A stretch of 54,687 bases of DNA from Octopus bimaculoides. Its lineage: Eukaryota. The DNA lies in contig NC_068984.1 in NCBI RefSeq assembly GCF_001194135.2, positions 8,529,341 to 8,584,027 on the forward strand. The letters are read 5' to 3'. The notes under the pieces are model-generated. The model was given only the letters and a program-made list of their open reading frames with translations, did not search any database and was not told the DNA's origin. How positions within the stretch are numbered: the first letter of the stretch is position 1; the number at the start of each line of letters is the position of its first letter. Positions 9,991 through 22,199 of the stretch are shown piece after piece. A program made the position numbers and the translations under genes.

Positions 9991-11248
9991 TATATATATA
10001 TATATATATATATGCGATTATCACGGACGCGGTCAGTAATCAAATCACGACAAAGCCGACAAAATTATACATTTCTTCGGTTTCCAATTTAGATATGAGT
10101 GACTAGTCATGTTGGAACCTTTGGGCCTCTGTACTTTGATTATAAATACGTAATTTTGTAACACCGCGAAACAATAGCAATGGCCGTATTCCAAGAAATG
10201 GCAAAATCTTAAGTGTATAAAGAGAAAAGCTTGCAGTATTTACTTCGAACTCATGCGTCCTGATTTCAGTTTCTGACGAAATCCGTTTTGCCTTTCTTCT
10301 TCTGCTGTCGACAAGTAATGTAAGAGTCAGTACAGTTGCCTAATGGCTTTGTTAGAGCTATCCATAGACGCTTTGTGGTAATTGTTCCTGCACTTTGGAC
10401 TTTAAGTTTAAATACTGCCATGACAGTAGACTTTAATTCGTCATTTGGTCTCATTAATGGAGGTGTCCCTTTTCTGCAAGAATTCTGGCCAAGTTCCTGG
10501 TCTGAGTATGACTTAAAATCCAAGTAATTAAGACCCGACCTTAAGTGCAATGATATAGCATCCACGGAAATACGTGCTGGCTCGAGGCAATGTAGCGGTA
10601 GAAATAATAGAAGACGATATGAACAGTCAGTCGCAAGGCTGTTTTATATAGAGATCCAGAAGATTGCTTGGAGACGCAAGGTAGGTAATAAAAAAACAGT
10701 CTAGACACGTGTCTTCACAACAACAAAAAAACTGTTAGCTGCTCTTAACTTCATAAAGTGAGCATTAAATGATATTTATCTCTCACTGGACGGCGTACAT
10801 TTTTCTCGACCTTAACTTTGTTGAACAATAAACTATATTTACACAAACAATCTTGAGTTGCATTTATTTAATAAACACATGGTCTGAAGAAATGTGTTTT
10901 AAGTAAACTGTAGCGCAGTACAGTAATATTAGATACTGAAATATTTATTAATATCTTTAGTAATACCCCAGTATGATGAATTTCGTGAAGGCATACAGAG
11001 AAGAGTTACGTACACAGAAACCAGCAGAATGATCATTGGAAGATGTTTTAAGGGACCCGCAGCGTTAGCAGAAGCATCAGCAGGAGGAAATCATATTTTT
11101 TTTCCTCATCGAGGAAGTATTTGAACTATAAATGTGGTCATACGCTTGTATGGATTCTATCTAATATAGGGAAATGCATACATGCAATAATGTCGATAAT
11201 TACATTATAACGTATAATGTAATGATGTAAAAATTCAAATGTAGCTTA

Positions 11249-11652
11249 ATACAATTAGATATGATAATATGAGTTTTATCTCGTATGCATTCAGAATGTA
11301 AAAAAAACAAGAAACAACAGTACAAAAGCCAGAAACACTGCACGTCAAACACATCTGTTAGAAATGTTTTAAACTGCATACGAGCAGTTCTAGTAATTAT
11401 ACCACAGAGACAAAGCCAGTCAGACATATTGAANNNNNNNNNNNNNNNNNNNNNNNNNNNNNNNNNNATACAATTAGATATGATAATATGAGTTTTATCT
11501 CGTATGCATTCAGAATGTAGAAAAAACAAGAAACAACAGTACAAAAGCCAGAAACACTGCACGTCAAACACATCTGTTAGAAATGTTTTAAACTGCATAC
11601 GAGCAGTTCTAGTAATTATACCACAGAGACAAAGCCAGTCAGACATATTGAA
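11249..11652. other. 185 bp duplication flanking an N gap (probable unmerged contig overlap)
   Basis: 11249-11433 and 11468-11652 are identical except one base (tgtaaaaa versus tgtagaaa) and sit exactly either side of the gap. Confidence 0.85.
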
Positions 11653-12054
11653 ATACTCAAAGTATGGAATATACTACCATAGTTACGAACGGCTGTCAAC
11701 AAGCTGGATGAAATTCTTCAGAGTATTAAGAATAAAGTAGGAAAAAAAAGAAGACACACAAGAGAAAAAGTAAATATTGTAATTTATAATTATTATTGTT
11801 TATAATCATTTACGTTAATGATATGCACAAAATGTTTCGTTGTTTCAGTGTTTTCATGAGGTTTTCAATTATTGTCGTTTAAATACTACAATGAGTCGAG
11901 CATTCATTATACAAACATGCGGTCTTCTCCCCCCTTCCCCATCTCTGTCTCTTGTTGTTGTAATTGTTGTTGTCATCTTTCTGTTTCTTTTTTCTCCTTT
12001 TTCATTCTGTCTCTCTCTCTCCCTCTCTCCGATCTATCTATCTATCTATCTATA

Positions 12055-12186
12055 TACGTCCCCGTAACTTAGCGGTTCAGCCAAACAGACAGATAGAATA
12101 AGTCCTGAGGGTAGATTTCTTCGACTAAAATGCTATGCTCCAACGTGAACCACAGTCAATTGACTTAAACAAATAAAAGAATAAGA
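12055..12186 (+). mobile_element. SINE family 2, 3' half
   Basis: tacgtccccgtaacttagcggttc...gatagaataag...cagtcaattgact.aaacaaataaaagaa. Confidence 0.8.
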
Positions 12187-12457
12187 GAAATAAACGAGAA
12201 AAACTATATTCACCAATAACAACTCACATTTGAACTCATTCTGCTGCTTGAGATGTTGAATGTAATCCTGACTTTTCCCCGCATGACACTAACGCAAAGG
12301 TACTCAGCCGGGGTTTCTATGGCCTTTGAGGGTCCATGTAAGATTCTTGTCGGCACACGAAATTAAATAGTAAATTGGGGTCCCACAATTGTATTTTCAA
12401 GGTTACTGAAAACAATTTTGCTTTTGATGTGTGTTTTGCAAGAGAGAGCTCGGTTTC

Positions 12458-12672
12458 GTTATTCTTTTACTTGTTTCAGTCAGTTGACTGCGGCCATGCT
12501 GGAGTACCGCCTTTAATGGAACAAATCGACCCCAGGACTTATTCTTTTGTAAGTCAAGTACTTGTTGTATCGGCCCCCTTTGCCAAACCGCTAAGTTAAG
12601 GGGACGTAAACACACCAAAATCGGTTGTCAAGCGATGGCGGTGGGACAAACACAGACACAAAAATACACACA

Positions 12673-12715
<43 letters not shown>

Positions 12716-12888
12716 GTATATAAATGAGGTGCGCTTTCACTTTCCGTCTACCAAGTCCACTCACAAGACTTTGGTTAGCCCGTGGATATAGTAGAAGACA
12801 CTTGCTCAATGTGCCACGCAGTGGGACTGAACCCGGAACCATGTGGTTAGGAACCAAGCTTTTTACCAAACATTCATAGCCGGCGCCT
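12458..12888 (-). mobile_element. SINE family 2 (ggcgcaggcgtggctgtgtgg head, internal AT/GT microsatellite), near full length
   Basis: Matches 22838-23232 in reverse; B-box-like ggttcagtccc, accttg..caagtgtcttctactat core, internal (CA)n. Confidence 0.9.
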
Positions 12889-12959
12889 AATATCTTACAG
12901 AGTTCAGCCTCCACAATGTGTGGAAAACAAAATAGGAATTTTGAAAGAAGTTTCTATAA

Positions 12960-13054
12960 AACTTGTTTTTTAAACATTGAATGGGTATAGAGGTTCACCA
13001 GAATAAAATTGTAAGCAAAGAGGTTCATAGGAAAAAAATGGTTGAGAACTCCTG
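12960..13054 (-). mobile_element. Possible hAT-type MITE terminus
   Basis: Minus strand begins caggagttctcaaccattttt, resembling CAGGGGTTCTCAAC termini of non-autonomous hAT elements. No partner terminus found. Confidence 0.3.
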
Positions 13055-13887
13055 CAGTAATGCATAAATTTATTGGAGAACATAAACTGCCACAAAGAAA
13101 CTGAGCTACAGAGAAGTAACCCCTGACCAGTCTACCACATGAGAGATTATATTTAGAGAGCCTCGTTTTAAGACTGCTACTAGACATGTTAACTCAACCA
13201 TGTCATCCTTAATTTTCGACGCTAAAAATGTTGTCACATAATATTAATGCACGGACGTAGCGGAGAGCCTACAAAAAATTTCTAAGGCTAATCATGTGAT
13301 CTTCCTCTACCACATTTGACGGATAAAATTTAGACAGGTTTGATAGTTTGAGATTGTTACTACATACGTTCTTTCAACCGTGACAGCTTTAACCTACGGT
13401 GCCAAATATATGGGCACATGATATTAAAGGACTGAGACATACAGAGACACACACACACGCACATATATACATACATATATATNNNNNNNNNNNNNNNNNN
13501 NNNNNNNNNNNNNNNNNNNNNNNNNNNNNNNNNNNNNNNNNNNNNNNNNNNNNNNNNNNNNNNNNNNNNNNNNNNNNNNNNNNNNNNNNNNNNNNNNNNN
13601 NNNNNNNNNNNNNNNNNNNNNNNNNNNNNNNNNNNNATATATTATTTTGCTTAAAAGAGTTCCAACACTGTCTGTTTTTTTATGTTTTATTTATATTCCT
13701 GCAGAACTAATGTGGGGTATAGAATATGGAATATACAATATATAATATGATATACAATATACAATATAAAATAAAATAACATAAAAATGGATGGCACCAT
13801 GAAAGAAAGTATTGAATGTAGATGAAATATTGAGTGTTCAATATAAAGGATCAAATATTTAAATATATAAATATAAATATATATATA

Positions 13888-14130
13888 TAAAGGCGACTCG
13901 AGTTTCAGAGCTATTTCCCTTCGTCAGAAAACATCCGGACAGTTAGACGATACAAAAAAAGGACAGGAAAAGAACAAGGACGGGTCATACGGAGTTTCCT
14001 ATCCTCAGTCGAGTTCCAGATCATCTTTGCAGTTTCGGCGGGTTACACTCGAGATTGCTCCAATCTGGCCGGCCCCAAGAAAATCTAAGCTACAAGCACT
14101 AGACTTCTTGGGAGAAAGCAAGCGAATGTA
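13888..14130 (-). mobile_element. PLE pseudo-LTR-like fragment with hammerhead core
   Basis: GC-richer island between AT tracts ending in the hammerhead motif at 13895-13927 and then (TA)n. Confidence 0.55.
13895..13927 (-). ncRNA. Minimal hammerhead, core intact, helix I not formed
   Basis: Minus strand: CTGACGA AGGG aaatag CTCT GAAA CTCGAG TC. Helix II is 4 bp, helix III is the palindrome ACTCGAGT, with a GUC triplet. The flanks (gtttt / gcct) do not pair. Confidence 0.65.
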
Positions 14131-14276
14131 CATTTCGGGATAGTTATTTTTTTCTTTATCAAATAAAAGTGACCATCCCGATATATAATAGTATCTGTTT
14201 CAACAGACGGTTTTTACATCCGAAATCTTGCAAAACAAGTCCATAAACGTGTATGTATGTATGTATGTATGTATGT

Positions 14277-14326
<50 letters not shown>

Positions 14327-14481
14327 GACGGACTTCTCTCAGTTTCCGTCTACCAAATTCACTCATAAGGCTTTGGTCGGTCCGAGGCTATAGTAGAAGA
14401 CACTTTTCCAAGATGCCACACTGTGAGACTGAACCCGGAACCATATGGTTGAGAAGCGAGCTTCTTACAACACAGCCACTC

Positions 14482-14483
<2 letters not shown>
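14327..14483 (-). mobile_element. SINE family 2, 5' half
   Basis: cagtttccgtctaccaaattcactcataaggctttggtcgg...gaacccggaaccat...acacagccact. Confidence 0.9.
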
Positions 14484-14514
<31 letters not shown>

Positions 14515-14542
14515 TGCATGCATATATATATATATATATATA

Positions 14543-14755
14543 TAAATTAAAGGCGTAAAATTAAGACAGAACACAAAGGATTCTGCGGTACACGTGTTTC
14601 AAGCTTTATACACAGACAGTCGTGGCATCATTATATGGGTGTATAATTGATAGATATACCCATATAATCATGCAACGACTGTTTGTGTATAAAGCTTGAA
14701 ACACGTGTACCGCGGAATCCTTTGTGTTCTGTTTTAATTTTACGTTTTTAATTTA
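14543..14755. repeat. Fold-back hairpin, 102 bp arms, 9 nt loop
   Basis: 14543-14644 versus 14654-14755: ungapped, 94 of 102 positions complementary by manual alignment. Confidence 0.97.
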
Positions 14756-14851
14756 TTCTTTCACCTCGGCCACTATCTGGTATATACAGGTGCTTGCAAT
14801 TATCAAGTATTACCTCTAAAATTTGCTATATATATATATATCAAATTCACT

Positions 14852-14982
14852 CTCCACGATTTGGTCGGTCCATATGTATAGTAGTAGGCACTTGCTCAAT
14901 GTTCGACACAGTGAAACCGAATCCAGCACAATTATGTGTTTGAGAAACAAACTTGTTACCACACAGCCACGCCTGCGCCTGT
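14852..14982 (-). mobile_element. SINE family 2, 5' part
   Basis: Ends cacagccacgcctgcgcct, the reverse of the family head. Confidence 0.85.
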
Positions 14983-15496
14983 ACATGAATTATTTCCTTG
15001 AAACTAAAACATTCCCACTTGCGTGACAATATTCATTTGTCACAACTTTTAATGAGACTGAAGTTAATTTGATGAAGTAAATGTTAATGACCTGCTCTGA
15101 CACGTCTCAGAAGCCTGTTCTACTTTACACTAACCAACGAAATAGAATTTCACAGAAAATCTATTATGGTTTATGTGATGACTAGCTTAACATGCCAGAT
15201 TAAAATATAAAGTGCATTCGCTTATGACGTCTTTGCACATGGCCATCTTGATGTCGGAAAAATACGTAAAATAAATTACATTCGCTTTGGATTTCTATCT
15301 AAAGTACGGAAACAATGCATAGTATTAGATTTATCATGGTCGATAAATAGCAGATTATCGTATTGAATCCCACAGCGATATGGTTTGAACAAATGTCTTA
15401 TATCATTCTGTCCGGTTCACTGATGTTGCATTGATTAGAAATATGTGGATTGCCGCTGCCAGAAAGGCATTTCTTCTAAGTAGTTGTATTTAACGG

Positions 15497-15731
15497 ATGC
15501 GCAATGGCCCAGTAGATAGGGCAGTGGACTCGCAAAAACACCTAAAGCTCAACGAGGCTCCGGCAGTGGGGGGGGGTGATCCCTATTCTACTCTTTCACC
15601 CCAACTTTCTCTCACTATTTCTTCCTGTTTCTTGTGTAGCGCTGCGATGGACTGGCTGGGGGTGGGTGGGGCACATACGCCATAGAAACCGGGAAACTGG
15701 GTCCATGAATCTGGCTAGGCTTTGAAAAGGC
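15497..15731 (+). mobile_element. SINE family 4 (tRNA-Arg-like head), with head deletion
   Basis: gcgcaatggcccagt..tagggcagtggactcgc then aaacacctaaagctc.acgaggctccggca; matches the reverse of 42305-42546. Confidence 0.85.
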
Positions 15732-16042
15732 GGAAAAGAGAAAAAAGTTGTATTTAACCGAGGGTTAAGCACAACGTTTAACTCTTGAATGGCCCTGGTG
15801 CAAACTGCTTTGCCGCATGTTCTCTTCAATTATTATTACCTAATATTTCTAAAGAAATACATACCTGTAATCAATTTAATTAAATTATAACAACGATAAA
15901 CAAAAATAAATATTATTAACTATTTATCAAAAACAATAAGATTAAATAATCTATTTTATACTCAAATAGAATTTAACTTTATATACTATTTTAACCTGGT
16001 ATGATTTTGATGTTTTATTTACAACTGTTGCAATTTTACAAT

Positions 16043-16090
16043 ATAGAAATAAGCTAGTGCTTTTATGCGTTACGCAATCATCAGGTCTAT
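16043..16090 (-). ncRNA. Hammerhead relic (G12 changed to A)
   Basis: Minus strand: ataga c CTGATGA t TGCG taa CGCA t AAAA GC acta GC TT att TCTAT. Helix II TGCG/CGCA, helix III AGC/GCT, displaced helix I ATAGA/TCTAT. Confidence 0.45.
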
Positions 16091-16200
16091 GTAGTAACAG
16101 ACGTGTTCCACAATTGACAACTGAAGTGAAACGGCTAGATTTGTTCTTTACATACCCACCAATGGGCTCCAGCAGGCTGAATCTTACGAATTGCATTTTG

Positions 16201-16308
16201 ACCAATCAGTATGTGGCATAGATGTCACAGTTTGATGAGAGCGCCAAGTTCTTTGTTTCGACCAATCAGTATGTAGCATAGATGTCACGGTTTGATGAAA
16301 GCGCCAAT
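16201..16308 (+). repeat. 60 bp-period tandem duplication, each unit starting with a CCAAT box
   Basis: accaatcagtatgtggcatagatgtcacagtttgatgagagcgccaa versus accaatcagtatgtagcatagatgtcacggtttgatgaaagcgccaa: 3 differences in 47 bp. Confidence 0.95.
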
Positions 16309-18580
16309 TTGATCTGATTTTTCTTTCATTTTTGCTAAATATCCATCACCAATTGTCAACTACATGCAATCTAGATAATTATTGCTAAATTTGCTGACTG
16401 TACGAAGCGAGAATTCGAAAACAGCCACTAAAGATAATATACCAACTTTCTCGGCGAAACTACATAATCGCTTTATATACAACGAAAATATTATCGCACC
16501 ATATCTCCCCCTAAACATGAATACCAGCCACTAGGAGTTTTATTGGTCGCAACAAAAGCTAAACGTCATCATATACCGGCATACATATCATAGGTATTGT
16601 AAAATCCGCAAGCCTAGGATTGCTTCTCCTTCAAAGACCTCTACATACGAAGACAATGGGGATAATATCGTTGAGCAGGCAAGTAATGCTGTACTGATCA
16701 TATATCTGTAAATATCTGTTGTTATGTATACAGATATTTTTTAAACACGTCTAAATAAAGTCTATTTTATTCAATGGTAAGAAATCTTTCACCATCATAT
16801 GACAGCCTCTCTCCCTTAAGTGCCTATAAACGTACTGTCACCTCTCTCTATCACATTTCACGTGGCCTCTGCTCCAGAAAACTAACTGCACTTCGACTAA
16901 ATTATTCCCGAGTAAATACTCACTCCCTTGTCGCAACCCATAAAGCATTCAACTCACTCCTAGCTTAGTTTCTCAATTTCCAATATAACCACAACAGCCA
17001 CACTTACAACCGTTGATCCAAGCGAATTATTTCCTAACTGAATTTGTTTATTCTGCAGCCGTTGACTTACAAGTCATCAAGAGAAGATTTAACAACGTCG
17101 ATTCCGCTAATCCAATAAACGAGGCCTTCTCTACCAGGACCTTGATTGGGATAAACAACAATCTATCGCTCCCACGATAATAAAATATATATGAAAAGAA
17201 TATTTAATATCAAATCTGCTGTATCTGTTAAAGAATCCAACAATGTCAGATGAAATATTTCATCTTCCCAGGTTAGCCGACGCTCGTTGACGTTCCATCC
17301 TCAATATCTCTTTATTAAAACCAATATCTAACCTGAAGCTTCAATATTTTTGAACTAAACTTACATTTATGCCATCAATAATTCTTACTGTCTATTTAAC
17401 ATAAGCTCGTTACATTGGTTCGCTGTATCTATTCTTTCTTTTCACGCTATTGGAAATATTTTTTAGTGGTTTATAGCTCATGGATCTAATCAATAATATC
17501 GATCAGCACTTGAAAATAATGGAATTGGAGATATTTCATGTATGCGATAAACAGAGGATCATCAATCAATGAAAAACATGAAAGTTAGTAACCCCCTTTT
17601 GGGTACTTAAAAACACGATAGAACTATATGTGTATGTGGCCGTATGTATAAGGGTATGCTTGAATATATATATATGTACGTACGAATATATGAACGTACA
17701 TAGATATGCATGTATGTACAAATGCAAGATATATGTATTTTTATATGTATGTATATATATATGACGTATGCAGATATGCTTGTATATCTGTATGTATGCA
17801 TGTGTATGCATGAATGTATGTATAGACACATGTAATAATGTATATGTGTATGCATAAATACTTGTATGTGTGTAGGCCTATATTTACGAACAGATTTATG
17901 CCAAGAAGCATGGTATAAGAATTAATATGAGTATGATATATGTGTGTATATATACACACATGTTTGTCGTGTGTATGTATGGGTATACAGAGGAATATAT
18001 AGAAGTATATAAGTATGTGGGTATTNNNNNNNNNNNNNNNNNNNNNNNNNNNNNNNNNNNNNNNNNNNNNNNNNNNNNNNNNNNNNNNNNNNNNNNNNNN
18101 NNNNNNNNNNNNNNNNNNNNNNNNNNNNNNNNNNNNNNNNNNNNNNNNNNNNNNNNNNNNNNNNNNNNNNNNNNNNNNNNNNNNNNNNNNNNNNNNNNNN
18201 NNNNNNNNNNNNNNNNNNNNNNNNNNNNNNNNNNNNNNNNNNNNNNNNNNNNNNNNNNNNNNNNNNNNNNNNNNNNNNNNNNNNNNNNNNNNNNNNNNNN
18301 NNNNNNNNNNNNNNNNNNNNNNNNNNNNNNNNNNNNNNNNNNNNNNNNNNNNNNNNNNNNNNNNNNNNNNNNNNNNNNNNNNNNNNNNNNNNNNNNNNNN
18401 NNNNNNNNNNNNNNNNNNNNNNNNNNNNNNNNNNNNNNNNNNNNNNNNNNNNNNNNNNNNNNNNNNNNNNNNNNNNNNNNNNNNNNNNNNNNNNNNNNNN
18501 NNNNNNNNNNNNNNNNNNNNNNNNNNNNNNNNNNNNNNNNNNNNNNNNNNNNNNNNNNNNNNNNNNNNNNNNNNNNNNNN

Positions 18581-18627
<47 letters not shown>

Positions 18628-19009
18628 GTACATACATGCATGCATACATATAAAGATGCGCACATACACACACATATGTATATAGGTACACGAGCATTAC
18701 ATATATGCATATGTGGGCCACTGTGCGGTTTGCAATCGTTCATGTATATGTACGCATGCGCATGTACTTGCCTATTATTTGAAAGGCTTCATTACGATGA
18801 TGCGTAGATAATAGTCTGCTTGGATGCCTTTATTTTCCTACACTCGTGTACGAATAATTTTGTAAGATGTATGCCCAAATCCACATAACGAAACCATTTA
18901 GCATATGTAAATAAACATGTAGAAAAATACGTAGAAAATTTGTAGCTTGTGTATATGGTGGATATCTGTATGTGTTTATATACACACACATATATATNNN
19001 NNNNNNNNN

Positions 19010-19066
<57 letters not shown>

Positions 19067-19084
19067 GTACGTATATAAACGTAT

Positions 19085-19132
<48 letters not shown>

Positions 19133-19232
19133 GCATGTGTGTATTTATGTATCTATACATGGATGTATATTTGCAAGGATGCGTATTTGCATGCATTTCT
19201 ATGTATATGTCTATATATATAATACCTACTTA

Positions 19233-19301
<69 letters not shown>

Positions 19302-19837
19302 CGCACAGAGTCACACCGAAACAGAAATACAGTAGTTTTCTATCTGCCTCGCTTTGCTATGATCTCTCTCAGTGTCTTGGTGCATCATGTTTGAATATAT
19401 TTCTCCTCTTCCCTCCAAACATATACACCATAAACATAATGCACACACCGCGCTCGCGTACGCACATACACGAAAATACGATAAAGCAAAGGCCTTTAGC
19501 ACGAATTTGAATATAAGACACAAATAAATCTGTACTAGATACTATATCAGATAAGTTCTTGGTGTATTGTAAGAAACTTTGTTTTCAGAAATAGTAAAAT
19601 TATTTCCTGATGGCATTTTGTGGCAATTCAATATAAAGTGGGCAGATAATCTCCGGAAAGAAGATCTCACTCGAACGGAAATTTCTCATTCACCCATGGA
19701 ACTGACAGTTTATCTGCGTACAAGAAGAAGGCTATGTTGACGAGATGATGACTATGGAGACATGTTTCTACCTCGATAGGCAGCATAAGTTGGGCTTCTG
19801 TCCTAGCGTGCCTCCAGCAAACAAAGGACTTTCATAT

Positions 19838-20240
19838 TACTCATTACTCTTTTATTTGTTTCAGTCATTTGACTGCGGCCATGCTGGAGCACCGCCTTTA
19901 GTCGAGCAAATCGACCCCAGGACTTATTCTTTGTAAGCCTAGTACTTATTCTCTCGGTCTCTTTTGCCGAACCGGTAGGTTACAGGGACCTAAACACACC
20001 AGCATCGGTTGTCAAGCGATGTTGGGGGGGGACAAACACAGATACGCAACATATACACACATACATTTATATATATATATATATATATACATATATACGA
20101 CGGGCTTCTTTCAAATCCACTCACAAGGCTTTGGTCGGCCCGAGGCTATAGTAAAAGACACTTGCCCACGGTGCCACGCAGTGGGACTGAACCCGGAACC
20201 ATGTGGTTGGTAAACAAGCTACTTACGACACAGCCACTCC
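19838..20240 (-). mobile_element. SINE family 2, near full length
   Basis: Same blocks as 12458-12888 with internal (AT)n. Confidence 0.92.
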
Positions 20241-20340
20241 AGATATACACGCAGATATTGTTTAGAGAATATTAATAACATGTGGATAGATTGCATAATT
20301 ACAATGGAAACTAGCAAAGAGAAATAAGAGAAATTGCACA

Positions 20341-20400
20341 AAGGCGGTGCTCCAGCATGACCGCAGTCAAATGACTGAAACAAGTAAAAGAGTAAAAGAG
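20341..20400 (+). mobile_element. SINE family 2, 3' end only
   Basis: aaggcggtgctccagcatgaccgcagtcaaatgactgaaacaagtaaaagag, inverted relative to 19845-19900. Confidence 0.9.
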
Positions 20401-20868
20401 TAGCATGAACTAGAACAAGAAATATTAGTATATGTTTATAGAATACAATAGATCGCCGAATTATTAAAAATATATACGTTTCCGTTGAAAGCGCTGTCAC
20501 CGAGGGACGACGGGATATAATCCCGAATGTCAAGGGACGTAATCTCATTTCCTAAACGACATCAATGTTTTGCGTATCCATTGATTCCGGCTATTATCTC
20601 TCGTTTTCATACAGAGTTTGTCCTCACTGTTATCAGGACATCGTTTCGCTGTACCTGAACGCAAAGATAATTTCCAGACAAAACAAAATATCAAGTGTTT
20701 ACCTGTATAGTAATTAATGCATATTTATTTATGTACATGTGCGTGTTGCTGCTGTGTGTGTGTGTGTGTGTGTGTGTCTATGTGTGCGTGTGTGTGTGTA
20801 ACAAAAAGAGAGAGAATAGGATACAGTTGAAGACGAGAAGAGCTCTCAATATACAAGGTAGATGAGGT

Positions 20869-21028
20869 GTCATGTTGACAGAATCATTAGTTCAAATTCC
20901 GCTATGTTCAATTTGCCTTTCATCCCTTCTAGGGCCGATCAAATAAGTACTAGCTGAGCTCTGGATTCGACGCAATCGATGTACCCACTTCCTTGAAATT
21001 GCTGGCCTTGTGCCAAATTTTAAACTGA
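20869..21028 (+). mobile_element. SINE family 1, degenerate
   Basis: gttcaaattccgc...tttgcctttcatccc...aaattgctggccttgtgccaaattt. Confidence 0.8.
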
Positions 21029-21984
21029 TATACCGAATATAGAGATTTTATATACATAAGAGTGTATAAAGATTTATACACAGAGAGAAGACCCTTGGCA
21101 GGACTTTTTCGATGTTAAAAAGGGCAGGTAAACCCAAACCACGAAAAAAATAACTCTAAAGCACGCCCGTAATGGCACTAGAATGAATAGAAACAAAAAA
21201 TTATTAGTTAATCACATACTCGAGTTGAGCAAATAAATTAATATGCCATCCATATTTCATTAGTGGGATCGCTAAAAGAATGCATAATTATGTAACTTAA
21301 GCTCCATCGTATATGTGTGTGTGTGTGTGTCAAACGAATTATATGGAAAGCATCGTTGTTATCATTCCAAACTTGGGTGGGTGGAAACTTGGCTGGGTGG
21401 AAAATTGTGATGTCTCCAGCCCGAGTAACAACTGTATGGGAATATTTGGTGTTACTACTTACAACAAAAATTATTTTTATCTCCTTGTTTTGAGTCTTCT
21501 GAGAATTTCCACTTTGATAATACTTTTGACAATAAGCATGCTAAAAGAAAAAAGAAAATATATATATNNNNNNNNNNNNNNNNNNNNNNNNNNNNNNNNN
21601 NNNNNNNNNNNNNNNNNNNNNNNNNNNNNNNNNNNNNNNNNNNNNNNNNNNNNNNNNNNNNNNNNNNNNNNNNNNNNNNNNNNNNNNNNNNNNNNNNNNN
21701 NNNNATATATATATACAGAAAATTTCAAACTTCCAGAGATTTTTAAGCATTGGCATTTTAGAGTCCTGTTGAATTAATAAATAATTAATTATCATTAATA
21801 ATGGGATAGTAACAGAGACAAAAAATGAAAGAAGGTTAAGATGGACGGAATGAAAAGCGGGAAGAAATTGACAGGGAAAGAAAGAACGCAAGCAACGGAT
21901 AAGTGTGACATGTAAAATAAATTAAGATGAATTGCCTACACATCCTGCCTGTCAAACCTGCAGAGAACAACGTTTTCAAACACG

Positions 21985-22026
<42 letters not shown>

Positions 22027-22199
22027 CACACCCATACACAAACACATACACACACATACACACACACATACACACTCACATACACACACACATACACACA
22101 CACATGTATATATATGAATACATATAAATAAAATTAATGACGTTTAGTTCTAAAATCACAATATACTTCTAGGCTTCGATTCACGAAGCCTGCCCGGAG

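Noticed and set aside
11249-11652. Apparent 185 bp tandem duplication with an exon-like open frame
   Set aside because: The copies end and begin exactly at a scaffold gap and differ by one base, typical of unmerged allelic contig ends; the frame matches nothing I recognise.
13995-14060. Second hammerhead-like motif (GAAA...CTGAGGA) on the minus strand
   Set aside because: Helices I and II cannot be formed in any permutation.
17741-18743. Longest ORFs in the track (also 29414-30832, 33864-34617 and 37939-38345)
   Set aside because: Their length comes from N runs translated as X; only the PLE and RLE portions are real.
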